Source: Betaproteobacteria bacterium (GTDB taxonomy: Bacteria; Pseudomonadota; Gammaproteobacteria; Burkholderiales; Usitatibacteraceae). Taken from it: a DNA stretch of 56,939 nucleotides. A program made the position numbers and the translations under genes. Below, in pieces: positions 50,643-56,939 of the stretch. The stretch spans positions 1 through 56,939 of the forward strand of contig JBBIJT010000002.1 in NCBI GenBank assembly GCA_037445795.1, written 5' to 3'. The first letter of the stretch is position 1; every line of letters starts with the position of its first letter. The notes under the pieces are model-generated. The model had not been told where the DNA came from, did not search any database, and saw only the letters and a program-made list of their open reading frames with translations.

Positions 50643-51893
50643 TCAGGCCGGCTTCTCCCGGCTGAGGATATGGATCGCGACGGCCGCCTCCTCGATCCCC
50701 TGCAGGCCGCCGCCGTTCTCCTGCATGGCGTGCCGAACGCCCGGCACCTGCCTTGCCCCTGCCTCGCCGCGCAGCTGCGTGGTGAGCTCGAAGAGCTGGC
50801 CCAGTCCGGTGGCCCCCAGGGGGTGCCCCTTGCTCTCCAGGCCGCCGGAGGGATTGACCGGCAGGCGACCGCCGAGCGTGAATTCGCCGCGCTCGGCCGC
50901 GGCTCCGCCGTGCCCCAGCGGCACGAATCCGAGGTTCTCGACCTGGATGATCTCGCCCATCGCCGAGGCGTCGTGGACTTCGGCCACGCCGATGTCCTCG
51001 GGTCCGAGACCCGCCTGCTCGTAGGCCTGCTGTGCGGCGAGCCGGGAGACGTGCAGCTCCGGCTGGTCGAGGCGGCGGTGGCTGAAGCTGCGCATCACGC
51101 TGGCGGCGACCCGGATGCAGCGGGCACGGTCGGCGCCGATGCGCTGCAAGCCCTCCTCGGTGCAGACGATGGCCGCGGCCGCGCCGTCCGACAGCGGCGC
51201 GCACATCGGCAGCGTGAGGGGGTAGGTGATGGGCGGCGCGGTGAGGATTTCCTCGGTGGTGAAGGGCTTCCGGAACTGCGAGAAGGGGTTGTGCACCGAG
51301 TGCTGGTGGTTCTTGGCCGACACCGCCGCGATCTGCCGCTGCGTCGTGCCGAAGGTCTTCATGTGGTTGCGGCACATCGCGGCGTAGATCGCCATGAAGC
51401 GGCTGTAGGGCCTGTCGGACTCGCTGCCCGGGGGCACCTCGACGCCTTCCCCCATCTTCACGAGCGTCCGGTAGTTCTCCTCGGCGCGCGAGACGTCCCA
51501 TCCGCCCTCGAAGAGCGCGAACGCCTTCGCCTTGTCGGGGATGTTCATCTTCTCCGCGCCGAGGGCGAGCGCCACGTCCGTCGTGCCCGCCCGAAGGCTC
51601 TGCACCGCGAGGTGGAAGGCCGTGCTGCCCGAGGCGCAGGCGTTTTCGACGTTGTAGATGGGAATCGAGTCGATGCCGATCTTCGAGAAGACCACCTGGC
51701 CGGGAATGGAGAGCTGGCCCTGGAGGTAGCTCTGCGTCATGCCCGAATAGACGGCGGTGCCAATGTCCCTGGCTGCGCAGCCGGCGTCCTTGAGGGCGCC
51801 CTGGAGAGCCTCGCGCGCGAGGTCGTCGAGCGGGCGCTCGGGGTGGCGCCCGAACACCGTCATGGCGATCCCCGCGATGAAGACGTCGGTCAT
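50643..51893 (-). CDS. SCPx/lipid-transfer-protein-type thiolase
   Basis: 416-aa ORF (MTDVFIAGIAMTVFGRH...) with the active-site Cys in NVENACASGSTAF and C-terminal blocks NPSGGLESKGHPLGATG. Confidence 0.88.
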   Translation of the reverse strand: MTDVFIAGIAMTVFGRHPERPLDDLAREALQGALKDAGCAARDIGTAVYSGMTQSYLQGQLSIPGQVVFSKIGIDSIPIYNVENACASGSTAFHLAVQSLRAGTTDVALALGAEKMNIPDKAKAFALFEGGWDVSRAEENYRTLVKMGEGVEVPPGSESDRPYSRFMAIYAAMCRNHMKTFGTTQRQIAAVSAKNHQHSVHNPFSQFRKPFTTEEILTAPPITYPLTLPMCAPLSDGAAAAIVCTEEGLQRIGADRARCIRVAASVMRSFSHRRLDQPELHVSRLAAQQAYEQAGLGPEDIGVAEVHDASAMGEIIQVENLGFVPLGHGGAAAERGEFTLGGRLPVNPSGGLESKGHPLGATGLGQLFELTTQLRGEAGARQVPGVRHAMQENGGGLQGIEEAAVAIHILSREKPA

Positions 51894-51912
51894 GATGCCT
51901 GCTGCGTCCAGG

Positions 51913-53469
51913 TCATATCGCGCGGCCCGTGTCCTGCCAGTACTTCTGGCGCAGGTCCTTCTTGAGCACCTTGCCCACCGGGCTTCGCGGGAGCGAGGCG
52001 ACGAACTCCACCGACTTGGGCGCCTTCACCGAGCCCAGCTTCTCCTTGCAGAGCGCGATCAGCTCTTCCGCCGTCACGCTCCCTCCGGGGTTCAGCTCGA
52101 CCACGGCCTTCACGGCCTCGCCCCACTTCTCGTCGGGCACGCCGATGACGGCGCAGTCCTGCACCGCCGCGTGGCTCCAGATCACCTGCTCGACTTCGTT
52201 GGGATAGACGTTGAAGCCGCCGGAGATGATCATGTCCTTCTTGCGGTCCGTGATGTGCAGGTAGCCCTCGGCGTCGACGTGGCCGACGTCGCCCGTGTGC
52301 AGCCAGCCGTCGACGATGGTCTCGGCCGTCTTGTCCGGCTGCTTGTAGTAGCCCTTCATCACGAGGTCGCCGCGCACGCAGATCTCGCCCGTCTCGCCCT
52401 TGCCGAGGATGCGGTTGTCGCCGTCGAGGATCTCGACGCGGACGAGCGCATTGGGGCGCCCGACCGAGGTGAGCCGTTCGTCGTGGGCCAGCCTGCCGCC
52501 GACGAAATGCTCGTCGGGGCGCAGGTACGAGATGGAGGCCGGCGCCTCGGTCTGGCCGTAACCGCCGGTCATCACCGGGCCAATCACCTCGATGGCCTTC
52601 TTGAGCTTCTCGAGCGACATGGGCGCCGCGCCGTACATCAGGTACTTGAGGGAAGAGAAGTCGACCTTCTCGATGCCGGGAATCTCCAGCAGGCGGTAGA
52701 TCACCGTCGGGGGCAGGAAGAACTCCGTCACGCGGTGCCTCGCGATCGCGTCGAACATCAGCGCCGGATCGGGCTTCTCGAGCACCACGACCGTGCCGCC
52801 GCGCGCGGTGCAGGGCAGGCCGAGCACGCCGGCGGTGTGGGTCATCGGCGCCGCGGCGAGGTTGACCGGCCGCTCGTTGCCGCCATAGGACACGGCGATC
52901 ATGTAGTTGGCGACGAAGGTCTGGATGCTGCGGTGGGTGTTCATCACCCCCTTGGGCATGCCGGTGGTCCCGCCCGTGGCCATGACCGCGACGACGTCGT
53001 CCATCTGGTAGTCGACCTCCGGCGCGGTGAGGGGCAGGGAGCCGCACCAGGCCTCGAGCGACGGGGCATCCGGCAGGTCGCCGTCGAGGCAGATCCAGAG
53101 CCGGATGCGGGGAAGCTTCGGCCGCAGCTCGGCGATGACCGGCGCGAACGCCTTCTGGAAGAAGACCACCTCGCAGTCGAAGGCATCGAGGATGAACCGG
53201 TTGTCCTCCGCCGAGCCGCGCGGGCTCACGGGAATCCAGGCGAGCCCCGCTCGCCACAGGCCGAGGGTGCACGTCCAGGCCACCGGGTCGTTGAGGGCCC
53301 ACACGGCACCCTTGGCTTCCTTCGGGAAGCCGGCGGCGAGCAGGCCGTTGGCGATGCGGCACGAAAGGTCGCGCACCTCGGTGAACGACCAGGAGCGCTC
53401 GCCCATGATGTAGGCGGCGCCGGCGGGGTTGGCGCGCCAGCCGCGGTCGAGGAAATCGATGATGGCCAT
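51913..53469 (-). CDS. Acyl-CoA synthetase (AMP-forming, ANL superfamily)
   Basis: ATG at 53469. The AMP-binding motif is TGGTTGMPKGV, and YGQTE, GWLHTGDVG and DRKKDMIISGGFNVYP are also present. Confidence 0.93.
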   Translation of the reverse strand: MAIIDFLDRGWRANPAGAAYIMGERSWSFTEVRDLSCRIANGLLAAGFPKEAKGAVWALNDPVAWTCTLGLWRAGLAWIPVSPRGSAEDNRFILDAFDCEVVFFQKAFAPVIAELRPKLPRIRLWICLDGDLPDAPSLEAWCGSLPLTAPEVDYQMDDVVAVMATGGTTGMPKGVMNTHRSIQTFVANYMIAVSYGGNERPVNLAAAPMTHTAGVLGLPCTARGGTVVVLEKPDPALMFDAIARHRVTEFFLPPTVIYRLLEIPGIEKVDFSSLKYLMYGAAPMSLEKLKKAIEVIGPVMTGGYGQTEAPASISYLRPDEHFVGGRLAHDERLTSVGRPNALVRVEILDGDNRILGKGETGEICVRGDLVMKGYYKQPDKTAETIVDGWLHTGDVGHVDAEGYLHITDRKKDMIISGGFNVYPNEVEQVIWSHAAVQDCAVIGVPDEKWGEAVKAVVELNPGGSVTAEELIALCKEKLGSVKAPKSVEFVASLPRSPVGKVLKKDLRQKYWQDTGRAI

Positions 53470-53507
53470 TTCGTGGCTTTCGTCAGGCGCGCGCGGGCGG
53501 GCGGCGC

Positions 53508-54638
53508 CTAGAGCGGCGTGACGGTGGCGCGGGCCAGGCCGCGCTGCTCGAGGAAGCCGAGCAGGTAGCGGTGCCCGAACGCCTTGGATCCCGACGCGAA
53601 GCCGACGCGGGCCGTCTCGCCGTCGAGGAGCTTCAGGACGCCGGCCGTCTGGACGGCGCCGGTCGAGATGTACGGCGTGACGCCGTGGACGGTGGCGCGC
53701 ACGGCGGCGAGCTGGCCGCGGCCGATCGCGAAGTCGACCGTGCGCTGCAGGGTCGTGCGCTCGCGGGGGGGCATCGTGGGCGTCGTGGAGGCGACGAGCT
53801 GCTGCAACACGGCGTCCTGGTGCTCCGCGGGCAGGTGCTTGTACTCCGCCTCCCACTTCTGGCCGAGGCCGTGCACGAGCCGCATCACGTCGTTGTCGTA
53901 GAAGCCCACGCTCGAGACGCAGGCGCGCACGCGCGGGTCGGTCTCGAAATGGATCGGGAGGGAAGTGCCGCCCCACGGCAGCGAGAACACCGGCTGGAGG
54001 AAATCGGGCGACACGACGTTGAACGAGGCGTCGGGCGCGTGCGCGACCAGCTTCTTCTCCCAGAGGAAGTGCGCCGTCGACTGGAAGAGGCCGAAGATCG
54101 AGGCGGTCGAGCCCACCGTGACGCCGGCGGCATCGCGCGGACCCCGCGTCAGGCACGCCGTCTCCAGCGTGTCGACGCCCGGCGTCTCCAGCGCGAGCTC
54201 CGCGGCGATCTCGGAGAACGTGTACATGTAGGCAAGCGACGGCGAGACGAGAAGGCCTGCCTGGCGGAAGTGCTCGCCGAACCGGGCGCGCACCGCGGCG
54301 ATGTAGGCCTGCTCGCCGGTCGTGTCGAGGTGGTGGCAGCCCGCCTTCAGGGCCGCCTCGACCGCCGTGAGGCCGAACCTGGCGAAGGGGCCCACGGTAT
54401 TGCAGACGACCCTGGCGCCCTTGAAGGCCTTCGTGAGCGATTCGACCGTGTGCTCGGCTTCGACAATCTCGTAGGTCGCGGATTCGAGGCGAACGACGCG
54501 CTGGGCCATCATCTCCTTGACGCGCGCGGCATTGCGCGCGACGGCGGTAAAGGGGATGGCCTGGTCGATGAGCCAGTCCATGATGAGCATGCCGGTGTAG
54601 CCACTGGCGCCATAGACGACGACGGGGTGCTTTGCCAT
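53508..54638 (-). CDS. Saccharopine-dehydrogenase-like NAD(P)-binding protein (possible trans-acting enoyl reductase type)
   Basis: 376-aa ORF with an N-terminal Rossmann motif (VVVYGASGYTGMLI). The architecture resembles saccharopine dehydrogenase family proteins. Confidence 0.7.
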   Translation of the reverse strand: MAKHPVVVYGASGYTGMLIMDWLIDQAIPFTAVARNAARVKEMMAQRVVRLESATYEIVEAEHTVESLTKAFKGARVVCNTVGPFARFGLTAVEAALKAGCHHLDTTGEQAYIAAVRARFGEHFRQAGLLVSPSLAYMYTFSEIAAELALETPGVDTLETACLTRGPRDAAGVTVGSTASIFGLFQSTAHFLWEKKLVAHAPDASFNVVSPDFLQPVFSLPWGGTSLPIHFETDPRVRACVSSVGFYDNDVMRLVHGLGQKWEAEYKHLPAEHQDAVLQQLVASTTPTMPPRERTTLQRTVDFAIGRGQLAAVRATVHGVTPYISTGAVQTAGVLKLLDGETARVGFASGSKAFGHRYLLGFLEQRGLARATVTPL

Positions 54639-54678
54639 TTCTCGGTTCCTTTGCTTGAAGTCGGGCCGGGCGGGCGCT

Positions 54679-55959
54679 CTAGTCGCGCGTATAGCCGTTC
54701 TGGTAGAGGAGCGACTGCATCGATCCGAAGCGCATGGTGAGGACGTAGTTCTCGCCGTCCTCGATGAGCGCGGCGCGCGTGTCGCGGAAAATCTTCTCGA
54801 TGGGATATTCCCTCGACGTGCCGTTGCCCCCGAAGAGCTGGAGCGCCTCGTGGACCACCTTCATGGCCTCCTCGGTGACGCTCACCTTCGCCTGCGCGGT
54901 GACGTAGGCGTGGGTCTGCGGCGAAGTCCGGGCGTAGGCGAGGCTGCGGCGGGCGATGGCGCGCGCCATCTCGATTCGCCGCGCCATGTCGCCCAGGCGC
55001 CAGCGCGTGAGCTGGTGGTCGGCGAGCAGCATGCCGCCCTGCTTGCGTTCGTGGGCATACGCGAGCGCCAGCTCGAAGGCCGACCGCGCCACGCCGACGA
55101 ACATCTGGCACATGTGCGTGCCGGCGAAGGACCAGGCGGTGCTCACGTTGCCGTAATAGGCGTCCTTCTCGGCGATCGCGAAGCGGCGCGGGATGCGCAC
55201 GTTGTCGAAGTAGATCTCGCCCTGCGGCAGCGAGCGCTGGCCGATCTTGTCCAGGGGCTTGCCGCGGGAGACGCCGGGCAGGTCGAGGGGAATGATGACG
55301 GTCAGGCCGTTCATGAGGCCATTCTTGCCGATGTACCCGTCGCCGTAGTCGGCCGCGATGTAGGCGAGAGCGACCTGCGCCACGACCCCGTTGGACACCC
55401 AGGCCGAGCACTGGCCGTTGATGACGATCTCGTCGCCCTTCACCACGGCCGTGACGTTGCCCTTGTTGCCGGGGGCGCCGGCGGGCCAGTCCTGGTCATG
55501 CAGGGCGGTCACGTCGGAACCGCGGTCGGGCTGGGTGATGAGCCAGCAGCCGATCTTCCCGGTGCACAGGTCGACGAGTTCCTTGTTGCCCGCGGCGTGG
55601 GCCATCGCCAGGGGGAATCCCGCCACCGTGAGCGAAACGGTAAGGCCCGCGTCGCCCCAGCCCAGCTCCTCGCCGACCATCGACTCGAGGCGGACCGCGA
55701 CGTCGGGCTCGAACTGGGAGTAGAAGGAGGGATCGAGGCCGAGCTTGGCTGCCTCGGCGAAGACCGTCCAGTACGGAGACCCCGGCGCGATCACCTGCGC
55801 GGCCTCCATCCGGTCGAGCTCGCGCCCGATGGGGCGCAGGACTTCCTTCGAGAAGCGGTGCACGGAGGCCTGGACGCTCGTCTCGATCTCGGTGACCGGT
55901 GGCTCGAACCCCGTGAGCCCGACGCTCGGCAGCTGCAGTTCGGTCTTCAGTTTCAGCAT
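54679..55959 (-). CDS. Acyl-CoA dehydrogenase family protein
   Basis: ATG at 55959 (MLKLKTELQ...). ACAD-like blocks are present: ITQPDRGSDV, KPLDKIGQRSLPQGEIYFDNVRIP and LQLFGGNGTSREYPIEKIFRDTRA. Confidence 0.88.
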   Translation of the reverse strand: MLKLKTELQLPSVGLTGFEPPVTEIETSVQASVHRFSKEVLRPIGRELDRMEAAQVIAPGSPYWTVFAEAAKLGLDPSFYSQFEPDVAVRLESMVGEELGWGDAGLTVSLTVAGFPLAMAHAAGNKELVDLCTGKIGCWLITQPDRGSDVTALHDQDWPAGAPGNKGNVTAVVKGDEIVINGQCSAWVSNGVVAQVALAYIAADYGDGYIGKNGLMNGLTVIIPLDLPGVSRGKPLDKIGQRSLPQGEIYFDNVRIPRRFAIAEKDAYYGNVSTAWSFAGTHMCQMFVGVARSAFELALAYAHERKQGGMLLADHQLTRWRLGDMARRIEMARAIARRSLAYARTSPQTHAYVTAQAKVSVTEEAMKVVHEALQLFGGNGTSREYPIEKIFRDTRAALIEDGENYVLTMRFGSMQSLLYQNGYTRD

Positions 55960-56048
55960 GACGTCGTTCCTCGTGTTGTTCGGCCTGGCGCACGAACGGC
56001 GGGCCGGTGGTCGACAGGGTGAAAGACTAGTGGGCGGCTGGCCCCGGG

Positions 56049-56072
56049 CGGCCCCCCAGAGCGGGGGGGCCG
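56049..56072. promoter_or_regulatory. GC-only inverted repeat CGGCCCCCC-N6-GGGGGGCCG in the ACAD/SDR divergent gap
   Basis: A 9-bp perfect inverted repeat read directly from the sequence. It lies 60 nt upstream of the SDR ATG and 90 nt upstream of the ACAD ATG. Confidence 0.3.
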
Positions 56073-56131
56073 GTCGCGACGCTTCGCTGCCATCGTTCGG
56101 TAGCGCCCATGGAGAGGGCGGAGAGGAAGCC

Positions 56132-56938
56132 ATGAGGAAGGCAAAGGCAAGCCCGGAACGCGTGCTGGTGACGGGCGCTTCGACGGGAATCGGCGAGGCG
56201 CTCGCCCGGCGCTTCGCGGCTGCAGGCCACGACCTGGTGCTGGTCGCCCGCAGCGCCGACAAGCTCAGGGCGCTGGCCGCGGAATTGACGAAGCGCCACG
56301 GGATGAGCGCGGTGACGATCGTCGCCGACCTGGCCAAGGAGGCCGAGGCAGCCCGGCTGGCGGCGTCATTGAAGCGTCGTCGCCTCAAAGTGGACATCCT
56401 GGTCAACAACGCCGGCGTCAACCACCAGGGCCATTTCCGCAAGATGGCGCCTGCCGCGCACCAGGAGATCATCCGGCTGAACGTCGCCGCCGCCACGGAC
56501 ATGCTGGCCCACTTCATCCCGCCCATGGTGAGGCGCGGCCACGGGCGCGTACTCAACGTGGCCTCGACTTCCGCGTTCGTTCCGGTGCCGTTCATGGCCA
56601 CCTATGCCGCCAGCAAGGCCTACCTGCTGTCCCTCACCGAATCCCTGAGCGAGGAACTCGCGGGAAGCGGCGTCACGGTGAGCGCCCTGTGCCCGGGCGT
56701 GACCGCGACGCCGATGATGGACCGGATCGGCGCCGCCAATCCCGGCTATGTCCGCCTGGTCGCGTCGACGGTCCTAGATGTCGCCGAGGTCGCCGAGGCC
56801 GGCTACGACGCCTGCATGAAGGGCCAGGTGATCCGCGTTCCCGGCAAGGTCAACCTGCTGACCGCGATTTCCGGGCGGGCCGTGCCCAAGTGGCTCACGC
56901 GGCGCGTGGTCGGCTTCGCCGGGCGATTGACGAACTAG
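56132..56938 (+). CDS. Short-chain dehydrogenase/reductase (SDR)
   Basis: ATG at 56132 is preceded by gagaggaag. The TGxxxGxG motif (VTGASTGIGEA), NNAG and the catalytic YAASKAY are present. The stop TAG lies at 56936-56938, one base before the window end. Confidence 0.9.
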   Translation: MRKAKASPERVLVTGASTGIGEALARRFAAAGHDLVLVARSADKLRALAAELTKRHGMSAVTIVADLAKEAEAARLAASLKRRRLKVDILVNNAGVNHQGHFRKMAPAAHQEIIRLNVAAATDMLAHFIPPMVRRGHGRVLNVASTSAFVPVPFMATYAASKAYLLSLTESLSEELAGSGVTVSALCPGVTATPMMDRIGAANPGYVRLVASTVLDVAEVAEAGYDACMKGQVIRVPGKVNLLTAISGRAVPKWLTRRVVGFAGRLTN

Positions 56939-56939
56939 G

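Noticed and set aside
38305-56938. The accessory locus as a genomic island, prophage or defence island
   Set aside because: There is no flanking tRNA, integrase, transposase, phage or restriction/defence-type gene, and no obvious direct repeats at the borders. Codon style looks like the rest of the window. I cannot compute GC skew precisely, so horizontal origin is neither supported nor excluded.

Overview
This is a very GC-rich proteobacterial chromosome segment; third codon positions are almost always G/C. Gene content and synteny look betaproteobacterial. All calls come from reading the supplied six-frame ORFs and the DNA, with no database search. About 55 protein genes are supported. I found no rRNA, tRNA, CRISPR array, transposase, integrase or phage gene. 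Many long ORFs in the track are antisense or out-of-frame shadows typical of high-GC DNA, and they were discarded.

Positions 1-38 kb are housekeeping:
- MarR, argH, and divergent algZ/algR-like LytS/LytTR two-component genes.
- LysR divergent from malate synthase aceB.
- An ~11.6-kb single-strand run: mreBCD-mrdA-rodA-rlpA-dac-dat-ybeD-lipB-lipA, two DUF4124 genes and a membrane zinc-ribbon gene, many joined by 4-nt start/stop overlaps.
- Then gatCAB, a third DUF4124 gene, pyrE, xthA, an ABC-F ATPase and msrB.
- An unknown secreted protein, a shortened O-methyltransferase-like gene, an M19 dipeptidase, ampG, a VOC gene, metXW and DUF502.
- A sulP-VIT-beta-barrel-SYLF operon.

Positions 38-57 kb look accessory and are the most interesting part. 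A 900-aa MalT/LAL-type LuxR regulator precedes a four-gene DUF1302, DUF1329, YCF48-like beta-propeller and RND/MMPL module. This looks like an envelope-spanning transport system of unknown substrate. It is convergent with an acyl-CoA operon: ACAD, saccharopine-DH-like reductase, acyl-CoA synthetase, SCPx-type thiolase, MAPEG and a GST-like protein. An SDR gene lies divergent from that operon.

Other notable signals:
- A promoter, structured leader and intrinsic terminator directly upstream of metX, a candidate riboswitch or attenuator.
- A 38-nt palindromic element present as two identical copies that bracket a VOC gene, plus one degenerate inverted copy.
- GC-rich inverted repeats in all three regulatory gaps of the accessory locus.
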